Source: Oculina patagonica (Eukaryota). Taken from it: a DNA stretch of 64,000 bases. Location: contig NC_135762.1 in NCBI RefSeq assembly GCF_052425735.1, forward strand, positions 1,860,001 to 1,924,000, read 5' to 3'. Positions 23,393-55,600 of the stretch are shown here, one piece after another. Both the position numbers and the translations under genes were made by a program. Position 1 is the first letter of the stretch, and each line of letters begins with the position of its first letter. Below the pieces are notes generated by a model that was not told the DNA's origin, searched no databases, and saw nothing but the letters and a program-made list of their open reading frames with translations.

Positions 23393-24295
23393 AGGAAAAT
23401 GAATGGAAGAGAAGATATAAAGCCCCTCTGTAAACAGCAAGGAGAGAATGTAACAGAGAAGAGCGATTTTACAACGAGCTAGTTGATACGTATTCAAAGA
23501 AATGGTGGTTTAAAGTCAAGGACAAAAAGGGCTCCGCTTCTGGGCCCTGCCCTCTAAATTACAGCGTTCCAAGACAGGAAAAATAGTACTCCAGAGCTCC
23601 ACGGCTCTTTAGGGCTTCAATTAACAAGAATCGACATTTTTTCTGGGTTCTTAGAGGATAAAGCCTCAGAGCCCCCGAGACCCTCCTTTCTTTGGGAGTG
23701 GGGACCCTGAAAAGAAGATTACTAATAGGTACTTTAAACAGATCCACTGATATTCTCTGTGGAGACAACATTTATATAAAACATACTTTAATCAGCATTC
23801 TTCAGCATTTGTTTTGATTCTGTACAAATATAACTCTTTGTTCTATTTTGCAAGCGGAAATTATTCCGTTACTATTTTAAAAAATCTTGAGCTTGCAAAA
23901 CGTTCCTGAGCAGTGAACATTAGAAACGTTGAAAATTGATAAGAAAACGTTGATAAGAAAACAGTTCGGAAAGACGATGAAAACGTAACGTAAACATGGA
24001 TATCTAATACACGTATAACCACAGAGTTTTTGAAACCCATGCAAAGTTTAACTCCTTTAACTGAAGTTTCTTAATAAAAAACTGTCCACGGTTTAGTCTT
24101 TCAAAAAAAACTTACGAATGTATTTTAAGCCTGATTTAGTCAAATTTCTACACAAGTCAAAACAACAGAAACGTTTCTCCTTATAAAAAGAAATAAAACT
24201 ACAAACACGCTATGTACATCTTGTGTTTTACTCACTAGATAAAATCTCAATAAATAAAAAGTTCACTACAAAAAATAACAACATCTTGTCTTCCG

Positions 24296-40632
<16,337 letters not shown>

Positions 40633-43600
40633 CGTTTCTGAGTTCAGTCAATTCCGTGAGAATTTCAGGTGTCATAATAGTGAAAGACGAAAGGCAGTTC
40701 CACACTTGAGAGCGACCATAGTCGTAAAGTCTAGAGTCACTACAGAAGAATCATTGAATACACAAACCGTTAGTGCGTTACACGGCCTGAATACGAAACT
40801 TTACCCGTGTTCGGCATTCTAAATTCTAACTTCAGCAAAATCGTCGATCCGTCCCGATGATTACACGCCACAGAGTCAAACAACGATATCTCTTACACTT
40901 TCCCGTAACCTAAAGAATGCGAAAAATCGCGTTTCCAAGCGAATATTTCGAGTGACTCACTTCCACTTCTCGGGACAAAATTTATGAGAACATGCAAAAG
41001 CAAAGTCGCCGCAAAGATCGGATCTGTCAATCATTAGTGACGCGTATCAGCCTAACAACAAAAGTGGGAGGAGTTTTATGAAGGCACGTGACCTAACAAA
41101 TAAATTGTATAAATTCCTCGCTGCCTTCTTGTAAATAACGCTATTCTACGCAGGAAAACGAGGAATTTGCAATCCTGTTAACATTTCTATTGTGTGGTTA
41201 TAAATTTCTTTTCTTGTCAGTTAATTTTCCTGTGGCAGAGTGCTCAAAAATCACGTCTTTCCGGAAACTAAACGGCGGACATTTAGTCAGTTATGTTTTC
41301 TGTCCCAAAGGGGGCGTGCGTTTGGACCTTCTTGAGTGGCTATCAATTTACGTCTGACAAATGAAAAACAGTTGGACGCAAACAAGTTCATTGTCACAAA
41401 ATTGAAAGATTGGATTTCGAGCATAAAGAAAGCACTATAAGACCTGACCTCTTGGCCAGAGAGGGGAACGCATTTAAGACCAAGAGCGAGAAATCATTTG
41501 AATCGAACAAGACATTTTTAAAGCACGATTTTTTTCTTCGACAGACCACCTACCATGACAGAGACACAAAGACCTCGAGGCAGTATTCACCTCACGCGCC
41601 AGCTATTCGGTAAGGCAAATATCACTGCTTCAATCTGCTGTGACGCAGAACCGCGAATTTGGGGGATTTAAAAGTTATCACTTCTAATCTAAAGATTTAT
41701 TTTAAACGTTGTAAAAAGAGCAATTTCATTGGTCAGACCTGTACGTCAGGGTAAATCGGATTAAAATTGTTCACTTTTGTGGCTTTCCTTCGAGCAGATA
41801 ATGTGTCGCCTTCTTGTGAAAATTCTCAATCAATCTCGCGTAACTAGTGGCAATTAAACGACGGAAGTTGTTTCGCTGAAGAGTGCTGAAGTTAGTCACG
41901 AATATAAAATGAAAAATGTATGAAGATATAGCTTATCAGTGTTGTGATTTAGCAATGCAACGGGAATATTTATATATCAAAAGCTATATAGTATAACAGA
42001 GTTTGAAAATTAAGGAAGCAAAAAATTCTAGCTCATATAATATAATCTTATTTCTATGTCAACTATGATACATGAGTGATAGTAAAATTAATTGCCAATG
42101 ATTCCAGCTACTCAAATTAAGAACGAGCTATTCTGTTCTGTTCAATAATTGACCTTTTCGAAGTGGAATCTTTAACAAAAACAAGAAGTAAGACGAGGCA
42201 TCGATGAGTTTTATTAAAATAACACGAGATATTTTTTCAAGTGCATTCCATGTATTATAAAACATTTCATATGATTATTTATATTGTTCTTACAGTTATT
42301 TTTGGCGAAACAAAACTTCGAATGACGTCACTTCTCAAATACTAATCAGATTAGATTATTTACAAGATATATAATACTGCATCGAAACAGTGGACTTTTT
42401 TTGGATTTCTTCCGTTGCTTTTTTTAGCCAAGAAACGAAGTGTTTTATAATCCTCGTGTCAAAAGTTTTGAAAGTGCCTACTTGCTTCACCATTAGTTTT
42501 ACAAACTTTTTCACTTGCAAATTAATGTAATCATGATTGATAGCCGTTTTAGAGCAGTAAATATTGCGCATCCTTTGACATTAAAAGAAGCCGCTTTCTC
42601 CTGGCTTTATAGTTGTTGATCAAACAATTAACTTAAAGAATGGTCGGTTTAGTTCACAGAGCAGTCATTCAATTTCTTTGTTTCGACTTTGTTGATATTC
42701 ATGAGCTTTTATGTTCATTTGTTTGTCCGAGTTGTAAACGGTTTCTTGAATAATTAATTTCACCGGCCTCATTTTTGCGTCTTTGTTCTTGTTTTGAAAA
42801 ACCTAAATACCGTTTGTTTTTGTTTTGTTTTGTTTTTTTTTTCCTGTTGAAAATTCCCGTTTTGATAGAACTGCGAAGAGCCTGGGTGGGAAAAAAACAT
42901 GGCGATCGAAGGTGAAACTTTTTCATATTATCTTCCTTCTTCGTGTAGCCTTGAAGAAAGTTCAAGGGAAAAACCCTCGCTCTAAGAGAAGAAACGACCT
43001 CTATCTACACCCGATAGGAATTTTGGATCAATTTGAATCGATTCAACAGGTAAATTTTAGCGTTCTTAGGTTCAGTTGCTGACCTTGCTCTGCGCACGAA
43101 CGGTCTGGTTCAGTTGTAGCAAATGGAACAGGAAATTTCCGGTCACACCGGGAAAACGGAGAAAGAGGAAAACCTCTGAAGGTATTCTTTTTGTTCCGAA
43201 AAATTTCCAGTAGAAAGGCCCGTTCCAGTTAAATTCCCACCGAAACAACCGGTTTTCCATACAAAAGGAAAGCGCTCTTGTTCCTGCTAGCGATCTCGTT
43301 CCCAGGGCTTCTCAAGTGCAACGAAAAGGCCTCGATACTAGGCACTAAATGCGCTTGCGGCCTAGCGCCTGCGGCAGAGCTTTTCTCCCACTTCTTGGAA
43401 ACACATCTTAGTTCGAAGAACATTTCCTGCAAACAATATTTTCTGTTTTATTTGCAAATGTTCAAGGAGAGAAACGAGGCGCCCCAAAAGGCGAAGAATT
43501 TAGCCCGAATTTCCGGTCACGGCCTCTTTTCTAAAGACCTCGCTTCACGCGGAAACCAACACTTCAGTAAATTAGTTTAGAACTAAAGTGGAATTCCGAT

Positions 43601-46600
43601 TTCTCGAAACCCAGCTCGACAATTCGAGCCAAAAGTCGTTTTCCTTGGTAAACACTGGTAATTTTACCCACGATTTTTCGAACTTTCGATTTCCCGAACC
43701 AATATTCATTTTCCTTGGAGATTCAAGAAACATGGATTCCACTGAATTACAACAAATCTTTCGTAAATAAAATCACCAACACGTTGACTGCTTGCTGTTC
43801 AGTTTTTAGTCACGAAAACCAGATGGCGTCAAAAATCCTGATTTCTCTCCTGTTAATCGATACTCTGGAAAAAGAATCTCGGATTATTAAGAGACGGACG
43901 TGTCCTCAACAGCTTAAATTGCACAACACATGCATGCTTTATCTGTCCTAACAGTCCTTACAAACTGAGGCTCGTACATCAATTCCGGACAACCTCGACT
44001 TATGCAACAGATAATCAGCGTGATGTATTTTTTCAGGAATATCGCTTAAGGAAAAGCCGGAGTAATCGCAAAACCTGACACAGTTTTTTCGTCCGGACCG
44101 TTTTCATCTGCAGTGCAAATCCAATATTTGGCGTTGAACTTGGCGGATATATAAGTGAAGAAATTAATATTGTCAAACATGAGGACACCTGACTCGCATC
44201 TCTTCGGAAAAAGCATTCGCAATTGCATAATGTGGGCCGTTCAAGTTCAGGTTGTGTAAAAAACAATCTCGGATGGTGATAAACACTGGCCGGAATTAAA
44301 TTCTTTACTGCATGTGGCAGCTACTTGTTTAACTAATCAAAAGACATCTCGATATAGTATTTGTCTAAGGTACACTGATGTAGAGAGATACAAACGAGGC
44401 AGTCATAAACCTAGGAAAATGGATGCCTAAGATTGAAAAACTAGAGGAATTATGAACCACTATCTTTACAAACTTAGCCTAAATTTTGCTAGAAACGCAA
44501 TTCTACGCTGAGTATGAAACATTTCAGTTTTAAGCCGAGTTTATCGAAGTGTACATGTGAAGTGATTTTTTTGTCAGTTCTGACTGGTCATCTGATATCA
44601 GTGATAACGAAAAAAAATTTTCAGTTACTGCTACTGGCGAGTTTCATTCGTGTATCAAAGCTTTTGAAATGTCTGAACGTACCTGACTTTAGTAGAAACT
44701 TCCAGCCCACAGAATGGCAGCCAAGTTTTTTCCCAGTTTCCCCAAGCTCGTTAATAAAACTTTGCTGCAGAGACGACTTAGAGACCAAAATACTTGTTTT
44801 CGCGGCGTATTAGTCAAAGCTTTCCACAAACAAAAACTATGAGCCTCGATGACCTGTTATGATATCACTGTGCTATGATCGTGCTCTCTCTTGTTCTCCT
44901 TCTACAGAAAACACCGGTTTTAGCACAGAGAAGAACGTCAAGTGGAGTGTCATCGCATATCACGAAACATTATAAAAGCAATCTGCGCAGAAATGTTCTT
45001 TTAGCGGCAAAAACCAACGACGGTAAGGCGAAAGTACTTAAGTGTATGCAACGTGCTTCAGATTCCCCGACAATTTGGTAACTGAACTTTGAAAATGATT
45101 GGACAATTACAATTAATCAATCTCGACATTGAAAATTAAAAATATACCTTCAGTAAACGCCGATTGTTTTACTAAGTGAAAAACAAATATGAAAGTTAAA
45201 AGAAGAAATAACGCCTTTTCCTGGCCCGTTAACAGTTTATTTTTGCCTTTCTGTATTTTCTATAGTTTTAATTAAAGTTTTGAAATTTTTATACTGATTT
45301 TTATTTTAACAAATATTGTTCCTGGTTCGTTCGGGTGGTAAGAGAGTATCAGTTATGTTTCTAGAAAAGACGAGGTTTTTTTGACATTTCTCAAAGCTGA
45401 AAAATTGTCCCAGAAATAAAGCATACAAATTACTAGGAAATCTGTCAAGGACGATAAATTATCAAGTTTACGGAAATGACTCCTCTTGACTTGTTTTAAG
45501 TAAACTTTTGTTACAGACATATGTACTGGCTGATATTGCCAGCCGTCCAGTTATATTAAAGGTCTGTCGATAACATATTGGCTTTGAACCATACCGCCGC
45601 GTCCTTGCCTATTTCCGAAATCTCTTACTTTCATGAATGATAAGTGCCAATAGCATCTTGTATAGACAGGAAAGTGATCTATCGAGTTTTGATCACACCT
45701 CGGCTCGTTCTGTCATCGACGGAAATCAGTGATAGGTCTGGTAATTTGACAATTGGATTACTTTATAAAAATATAGACTAAAGGTCAGCTGGCTTTGGAA
45801 TCGACTAGAAATGTGTTATCCCTAAAAATCAATGTCTGTATGAGGTTAGTCGATTCAATATCAGAACTTGCGTCTTAGCAACGAAAAATAAATAGCATTG
45901 CACAACTTATGCTTTGTTTCTCACACATAGTTGTTGTAAAAAATAATCTGTACTTCACTTCGAGTGTCCGCAACCGGTTTAGTCGGCTCAGTTTTATTTC
46001 ATCGCTTGTTGCTGATCCAAATAACGATAAATAATGTCTCTATTTACCGTTTCTTATCGACAATTTGTACTGGCTGCTGTGGTCAACCCTGATTAAGTAA
46101 TCCTTAAAAAATCAAACGTGCTTACAACAGACAGTAACTGAATATCGAATGCGACTTACGGTGAAGGGTTTCAGTTTTGATTTTGCACGAGTATTAAAGG
46201 ACATTAAAGGAACGCTTCGTGACCTTGTCGAAAATTTTTGGCACCAACCGAGCTAAACAGACACAGCGAAAATTAACGGTGAAGTGTACTGTACGCTATT
46301 AAATAAACTTTCAGCACCTCAGTGCACATTGTTGCTGATAAATTAAGCTCAAATTGTACCATACCTTGCAAATTAGGAAGCAGACATGTTTCTATAGAAT
46401 TGCAGGTCAGCAAATACATTCAAAAAATTTTGTGCTCTTTTTTTAATGACCTTTAATCAGAGTTGCGAGCAGACTCGTTCCCAGGATCATCGCTCTTACT
46501 GGTCACTGCCTTGTCGCTGGGCAGTACGATTGAAGGCTCTAAGAAAGGGCCGTTGCTCGTCTCGTCTCTAACGTTCTCCATTTTCGTTACCAGGGTCTTC

Positions 46601-49600
46601 CCCTGTTGCTATCCAAGATGGCGGCTCTCTACTAGCCGCCATCTTGGAAAGCAATTGCAAAAGTCGATAACACCCTCCTTGGCGTGAGGTTGCTCGGTGT
46701 TTTTCTTTTTGCCTATATTTTGTGGCTTGCACAGCAAGAAAGCGAAAAATCTGGGTGTCTGAATTATTCCCTTTGTTCTTGTCACGGAATAAACAAACTA
46801 AACAGTTGCACCGATTGTCACCTTAGTAGACCTTCTAAGACTTGATTCACAGTCTGAAAATTTCAGATATTCTCGGAGAAGATTTTACTGAATCTGCTTT
46901 GGACTTTTCCACATCACTTTCCCGCGGATTTTGACTGCCATTTTCAAAATGACAGATTTTACCTTACAGCGAAAATGTTTATCCTGAAATTTGCTATTCT
47001 CTAAACAAAAAAGATAAAAAAAACTAGTCGGTTTAGTTGTGTGGATAGCCCACTCACCTTTTGTGACTGCTTTCTAGTGTCCATCAATAGAGGCCTTTAG
47101 ATTCCATAACGAATACGAAATTTACCACTGAATGAGCGAAACTTTTGTTATAAAGTTGAAGTTGAAAAGAGTGCACGCATAAGAACAAGGGTACTTTAGG
47201 CGAGCAACACGTGGTAGCTGCATTAAATATACTAGTTATAGCGTTTTGCGAAATAGGTAAGCTCGTACATGATTACGAAATGGCATAACTATCTTTAGGC
47301 AAGCTTAAACACGTCAGTTATATTGATTACAAAGAGTAACTTTTCTTGAATAAATTTTTTTTAGTCGCTGAAGCTTGTGGCAAACTCTCAAAGTCGTTAG
47401 TAATCGGACAGCAAACATGCAAGCTGAGTTGGGGATAATAAAAGAACATCGACACTCAGGGCATCAAATTCTCATAACCTAGACCATAAGTAATGAAGTG
47501 TGCTGTCTTGGAGAAAACGTGATAACGTGATAATCAAGACCTCCTCAAAGTTATTCCACTCTTGATATTTGACTTGAGTAAAGAAGTGTGACGATAGCAG
47601 GCATGTTTTACATACCGCCGTGTATTAAAACGAGAAATGGCTTCCGTTAATAAACAAATATGTCAAAATTGCGGACTTTTACAGAGCTATTTATATAAAA
47701 AGTTTTTATCGAGAGCCGTTTAGGAACCACTTACGTTTTTGAATGCACTCAGTTTTAAGATTGCTACAGTATTATTTTAATCATTGGAGTATTGATTTAA
47801 ATATTGAAAAATATACAAATAAAATTTCAAAGTAAAAATATCTTTGACTCTAAAACTATAGCGATACGAAATGTTTTCAACTGACGTAAAATTCTGATCT
47901 TATTGTTCTTTTCCAGCCAATATGTACGCAATGTAAAAAGTAACGAAATGCCAGATATTGCTATAGCGCTATGTTCAATTCAACTCAGTCAAGTGTGTAT
48001 CTTTTAAAAAATGCAGGCATTCTGCTATCTAATTTTAGGTACTTTTTTCGAGTAGTTTCAATGGAATTTCCGTCTGTCTGTCCTACATGACAAATATCAA
48101 GAGTCGGCAAACTCTGAGGAGGTTGAGTGAGCGTTTTTAATTCAAACACTAAAACCCAAAAATCTAACAAACCCGACCATACCGATCGTGCTCTTTACGG
48201 CAATTAACAAGTAAGTCGATTTTGTAGATTTCAACGTATAGCTCTCTTCGTTTATTCAGGCTTGTTTTTGCCTTTTCGAAAAGTTATGGCAGAATTTACA
48301 CTTTGACTAAGGAGGGCTCAATTCGTCATTCGTGACGAATGTAGATTGTTTTAATAGCTTTATCGTCAATACCCAAAACTAGAACTGCAATCAATTAAAA
48401 CATTCCACATTTGTTTCAAATCAGGAAGCATCTTGTCCCGGAAGATCAATACAACCGATTCGGAAACATTTAAAACATGTAGCTGAAGTGGAAAAAGAAT
48501 TGTCATTGACTAGCTATTTTAGCTATTTGTTATTTTAGGAATAAATAGTAAACCACGCGGGTCTCGAGACAGCGTGACCGAGTGGTTAGGGCGTTGTTCG
48601 TGTAATCCCTTTGGAAATCCCGCGGGTCTAAATTCAAGCCGGCACTAGTGCTAACTGAGTTTGTTCTCGGTAGTCCCGAGTGACCCTCCTTAGTCATGTC
48701 AGAACATCAGCTGTTTAGCATCAGGTCAGTTAAAAAATATTGCCTACACATTGAAGACTTACTAACATGGAAGACTTGTACGAGTAGACGTTAAAGACTC
48801 CAAGCCTTAAAGTAGTAAATTCAAAGAAAACCTATGTATTAATGTTTACCTTATTCTTTTATGGCAACTGGGACAGCAGGCCAGTCCCAGGAACTCACAG
48901 AAACAACTTCAACGACACTTATATATGAAAAGGAAAGAATACTTTCTTATCTTTCCCAGATGCGAACGAACGTTAATAAAATTTGCCTGGTTTGCGTGCA
49001 GACGTTCTATTCGTGACAACGTTGACTACAGAAGCTGCTAAATATCTGTTTGGAATTAAGCCGGAAACTTTCAGCGTAATCTGTATAATTCCAGACCTGA
49101 TAAAACGGCTTACTCTCAAATGTCGACGTGTTAATATACAAAAAAGAAGCTGATGTTCCACGGTTACTAAATTTGGGTCGCACAGCAGGAGGATTAGGCT
49201 TTAGGGGAAATCTGTAACTTTGCCTGCTGTATCCTTGATAGTACTTTGCTTTAAGTAATAAAGAAATATTAAAATATTTTTCAGCTGCAAAGAGCTACGT
49301 ATAAAGAAAGTCTTAACTGATATCAACTGGTGTTCTCAGAGGACCTCAGTTTTTGCCAGACTCCATTACAAAACTGTGGCTTGCACTGACACGCACGTAG
49401 CGAGTTGACCTGTCATGACCAGGTCATGACTATCGTGATCCTTTTATTAATCGTATTACGTCTTAAACATGTCTTATTCTTATCTGTCCACTGGTTTAAA
49501 AATCTATGAAGCTCCTCTTAATTAAACGGTTGAAAAAAGGGTTTGTGTTTGTTTATGACGCTTGCATAGAAGGTACTCGGCCTATAGTGGACTATGCAGA

Positions 49601-52600
49601 AAGGCTCTACATTCGCATAGTTTTTCTATGGCCATTTCGGTCCTTTTAAAAATGGACCTTTCAGAATATGTTGAGCAGACCCACCGAACGGTCAATTAAT
49701 TTTGTTTAAGGGGTTATTCAGGTGAAAATTTTAGAAAAAAGATGCAGTGTCCCTTCTGTAAGTGTGTCAAAAGGGTACCATTTTCTCTCGAAGGAGTATG
49801 AAAGAGACTATTTTTCCTCTCAAAAATTATACATGAAATATCGAAAAAGAGCTGAGCCTCCCGATATCCCCCCGCCCCCCGATGGGATGCTATTGTCCAT
49901 CACAGCTCTCCGGCCTCCAGCGTGAGTTTTTAAAGAAGCTACGTCACGGAGATTTTGCAGATTTTTGGCCTAAACTGTTCTGAAATTAGTGGGTAGGCAG
50001 CTTGAATCAGAAATCAAGCTACTGCTATAAATATCGTTTTTTTTTTTAAAACGCGCAGAAACAACTTGAAAAAGTAAGCCTTAATTTTTCAAGTTGCAAT
50101 CCGTTTCCATATATAAAGCAGTCAAAGAGTTTCAGTGCTCTAATAGTAGACTATCATTTTTTGGTTTCCTGCGACACAAATACAGAAATTTTGGCTGTTC
50201 AAAAATCTGGTAAAATCCGTGACACCCCCAACAATTTCTAACACATACACCTGGGCGAGCATTGGAATCTGAAATATGAGCATTTCAGGTGTTGTGTTGT
50301 TGCTCGTTTGTTGTCATCTAGTCACCTTTTATTCCGAGATTATCCTTTTAAAAGCAGATCGTTTTAAATACAAAATGAAAATATAAAAACAGATGTCTGT
50401 CGATCTAATATAAGTTCTACTGGATTTTCGCCAGTCATTTCGATATCGTTGACGAGAGGCTTATGCACCTTTTCGCACTTATGTCTGAAATTTCGAGGCT
50501 GGGGGGAACAAAATTCCCCACCATTTCTGGTGTTAAGTCGCTGATTGCTTTTAGCCTCAAACATCAAAAAGTATTTCCGCGAGCCTCAGTGTGCAGCCTT
50601 TGAAATGGAAAATTAATCGATGGTTAATGCTTGAAAATATTTTCTTAGTCTACGGCGATCATTTGGTTTGGTTTAGCAAGGCTAAAGTTCATGGTATGTT
50701 AACTGGAAGAATACATTTATGTTGCAGTCCGGCTATCCGTGTATTTTGTGAGCTCCGCGCAAGGGGAGCTGGAGTAAACGGGCCAACTAAACGTTTGAAT
50801 ATACGGTTTAGAAAAATAGTGAAGAAAAGTAAATTTTAAAAAGTGAAGATATTTGATGTCAACTCTCAAATAAATAAGACTTCTAGTGTTTGCTGTTCAC
50901 ATATTTCAACTTAAACTAACACAAGGAAAACTAATTTGGACGTAATTTTATACAAGTTCATATTTGCGTAGGGGTGGTAGGAACCATAATTACAAAAACA
51001 GAGATTTTTCATCAAAATGAACGGCGGATTTGCTTTGCGTGTTGTTTTTATAAACCCGCAAAATTCCAGTCGTTAAAACGTATCAATGAAAGTGATGACA
51101 AAATAAGCCAAGTCTGCGAATTTACATCAACAACAGCAAGCTTAGAGAGCTGAAAGAATGCGATTAATGGTGAAAACTTATTTTCAAACAATTCGTCGCG
51201 TCGCAGTTTTTTTTTTTCGCAGCTAATTATAAATAGATTATTAAAGTAGTGCGAATGGCAAAGAAAACAATTCTTACAGCAGGCTAATGAAACATCGTCT
51301 GTTCTTTTAGATGCCCGCTTAGAAGTAAAAACTCTCAAAGCTAGCCGCTTAAGCCTTTCCTAGAAGTATGGCGCGGTGATGGCTGTAATGTTAAGCATTG
51401 TTCTTCACTCCGATAGTTGAATACACCGGGCACAAGTTGGAAAGAGTTCCGCTGTTTGCTTACAACAAGACCATTTCTTGTGTCTTATTACTGTCCTCTA
51501 ACCGTTTGAAAGTTAAATCTTTGGCCAGTTTGGACTGTATTTCCTTGTATCGATTTGTTTATCAAGCATGGCTGCAAAGTTTGTGTGTGAGCCTATCTTG
51601 GACAGCTCCGCGGCGTTCCGCCGGCGCGGAACTGAGAAGGAACGGAAATCCTGAAGTATATTGTTTGTTCAATTGAGTTAGTACTAGGTGGAAAACAGTC
51701 ATTAATCACATTTAATCCATGCAAAAGTAAAACAATTCAACCCTAAAATCTTGATGAGCGAATTTAAATCCTGGCCAATACTTAGAACAAAACCGGACTT
51801 CCTCGCCTGACTAACAAGTCCGAGTCAATTCTAGTGGTTGCCCGGGAGTGGTTGACCCTTATTTAGTGGAATTTTATTATGTTCAAAGTAAGCCAAGCAC
51901 TTGTCCTAAATAAAATCAAAGCAAAGCGACTGTTTTTAATTCGTGTGAATTCTAAGAATTGTTAAGCTATAGCTTACCTGCGGGTCACCGTGACAAATTA
52001 AAAATCCGCATCGTTCCGCAATCTCAAACAGCTCTGATTTTTTCAATATCAATAATAAACGTCTTAAGATCGTTTCCCTTCAGAGGTTCCAAACTCGCTG
52101 ATAACGCCAAACGTTTCGATCCACTACTTTAATAGACCAGTTCGGACGAAGATATGAAAACTGCCGGAGATGCAAAGATATCAAAGGTTACGAAACCCCG
52201 CCCGGGTGCAAAACTTATTATGGAATCACTTTATATCCCTCGCGAGCCACCGCGCAAAAAAGAATGAAAAGGAATATTTCGTCTAGTTTTGTTTTTCAAA
52301 TAACTCACGCTGTGCTCGGTTACTTTTACAAACAAAGGGAAGAATGATGTTCTAAAGGATATTCTAATTCCTGTAGGTGAACTAAAAGTTGTCTCCGAAG
52401 TCCGGCAGCAGTTTTTTAATAGTGGCCGAAGGAACTTGTTTCGTCCCGTGAAATTTGTGAGCAACTTGAGGCGCGCAGCAGAAATATAAAACCGCGCGCG
52501 AGAGAGAGGTTTCGATGACTAACATGTGTGAAGGGAAATAGTTGCAAAATGTTCAGAAATACAACATTTAAAACTACGTCTTCTTCAGCGTTGGCAGACG

Positions 52601-55600
52601 CAGGATAATTGCAAATAAATCGAATTTTAATTTGTTCTAGAGGTTATAATAACACTTGAGCTAATGAAAGTGCAAGGGACGGAACTCAATGTGTTGTCCA
52701 TATGTGTATGATTGTTACTGCTTATAACGTATAGGAATTTATCACGAGCAACGGAAGAAGCCCAGCAAACCGGACAAACAACCCAACAGATATGAATGAC
52801 AGATATTGAATCAAGGATTAAGCATATAAATAGACAAAAATTACACGACTGAAATAGTTACCAATTTGATAAAGATATCCGCCGATGTTGACTGCGAGAC
52901 GGAAGGCTGTTGAGAAGTCAACTGTATGCTTCTTGTCGATATCACAAGCGCTTTTCCATCTGACAGCTTTTACAAAAGAATGAAAAGCTAATCAAAGCTT
53001 CTGAACTTTTCAACGCACTTATTAGTAGCGGGTTAGGGAGCTTAGAGCTATTGTTTTAGAAATTCTAAGTGAATAAAGGAAAATACGAGCGAGGGTGTTC
53101 AAATCATTACAGTGTTGTTAGGACATATGGCGCCATGTACAGATTCGCTTTTATTAGTTTTTAATAGCAGTGCTTTGTGTCAAAACAAGTCACACATTGT
53201 AAAATCAATTTTGACAAAGAAATGTCGTGCTAATAACCCTTTTGAGCAATAATTCTTGCTTGTATTATGGATTATCTTTGCGGGGTTGCCTCAAAAAAGC
53301 GACTTTTGTCACTTTTTAATCTTTTAATTCCCAAATTTGACATGATTTGCTAAACAGTGGTGTACGCGGCTTTACAATATAATAGACCTGCCAATTATAC
53401 CCAACGTAATGGACTGTTTGTTGAATAAAAATACATGTAAAATAAACTCTAAATGACATAAGCTGGAAGTACATTGTTTGAGTTTTATTTTGATGCGGCT
53501 AAAAATCTCTATAATGATTGAATGTTTGGCATATTTATCATTTATTTTCCTTGGAATAGTTTCCAACCTTTGTAAAAGTATTTGACAGGATCTTTGATCT
53601 AGAGCTCATATTTTACTTTAATGCTACATTTCTTGAAATTATATTAAAATAGATAGGGCAAATATAATATTAGGACAGGATCGAAAAGCCAAAAACAGCA
53701 GCATTTGTTTAAATATAGAATAATCAAGAGCGTTTTCGATTTCAGTTTTTTGCTGAATTATTTCACACTGAAAATGGAATCGACGAAAAGAAATTGAATC
53801 AAGTTTAATCCGAGTCCTGGTCTTTTTAGTTTCTTGCATTTCCGTTTGTTATCAAAGATGGAGTAAAATAGATTTTCCTTAGGAACGAACCGCTTTCCCA
53901 AATAAAAATTGGTAGGTGCATGGAGATAATTCAGCGCCGGAAAAAGCTGAACCAAAACAGGTCATTTAAAAACTGGGCTGAAGTTCGTGCGTCCCGTTTC
54001 ACTGCATTTGAGTACGATTGTGTGCAGAATAACTTGCGAAATTCCTGGAAAAATAGCTTCGTATTTTATGCGTGTAATTACGGATAGATTAAAAAGTGGA
54101 ACTTAAAAAAAAACCCTGCTGTTAATGAGAAGAGATTATCAGTAATTAAAAATTCATTTCCTTCAAAACGGCAAACGTATTATTATAGTAAAATGAAACA
54201 AAACTCGGTGCTTTCTGCGTGTGTCATAATCTTGTTTTCATGGGTGCGGTCCGCAGTGTTTGTGGCTTAATGCATTCGCCGACAGATTTTAATATCAATA
54301 CAATATATCCCATGTGTGATCGTTAAAAAAGGATAAAATCTTAATCATATGTCGCTTATGATATTTATATCTTTATGCAGGAAAACAAATTTTAGCTGTT
54401 ATATTTATAGTAATACACATGTTATATACATTATATTCCAATTCTTGAGTTAGAGTAATAACGTTAGAAAGCTATGTCAAAGAGATAAGGCCATGCCGAC
54501 TTGGGTCAAAAGAAACAATTGGAATTTATCAAATCAACAATTTACATGTGTCCTCTATTAGAACTGATTATTTTTATCTTTTGGGACAATGTGTGTCCGG
54601 CAGTGGTCTCCATGCAGGCTGAGTTGGTGACGGAGATAAATTTGCAAAGGATGATTAAAAATGTTAAACACTTCCTCTGCAAAATTGGCCATGGATCTGT
54701 AATGTAGAGCCGCCGGCCACGGTTTCCTCTCTAAGCCGGGAAGTTTTTCTTTGGTGCAGGTTGCATTGTTTAGAAATCAGTATACGCACCAACGCCGAGC
54801 GGCAAATGTGCCGACCAGCACCCTGACCCTGATGAGACCTGATCAGCACGGAAACACCAGAATCAGCAAATGTGATGAACGAGCGGAACCCGCTAACACT
54901 CAACAGCACCAAAAACTCTTCGGTACTCTTCGAGTTGCTGCCCAAAATTAAGCGGTGTGTTAAAATGCGTGCGTAGCTAGTTTTGCCCACAACCATTCAA
55001 ACCACAACCTCCCCGGCCCTCGATCTGCTGATGGGTAATAGAATTCAGTTCTAAGTACAGGTGTATGCGCTACGCATCACAAAGGGGGTATTATTATAAA
55101 GCTGTTGTACTCAACAAAAGATTTTCCATGATTTTCTCTTTAGGTACATGCCAATTTAACTATACTTCTATGTTCAATTAACCTTCCACCCCACCCCTGT
55201 GACTGCGATGTGACACTGCATAGGATAGGGTGGGATAGGGCAGGCTACCGTTTAACATGGTTCGTGATCGATGGTTCGACTTTTGTTGGTAGACCACGGA
55301 AATTCTTTTTCAGATATAATGGATACATTTCTCGTGCACTCTCTTCAACCAAGCTCCTCGCATATCATCATTGTCTCTAGCGCTAGCTATGTGGCATACT
55401 TTCGATAACTTCATGTCATTTTATCATGCAACAAGAGCCGAGCATTAATATGGTCTAACATTTAAACTAAAGTGTGCGGATCATGTCGAATAACGGAAAT
55501 GACCAGAAAAATGGGACATTAATTTCTTCACAGACGGTATGATCAAATTCTTAGAACTAGTATTATAAGAAATGTATGGAGGCAAGTAAGGAGAAGTTGT

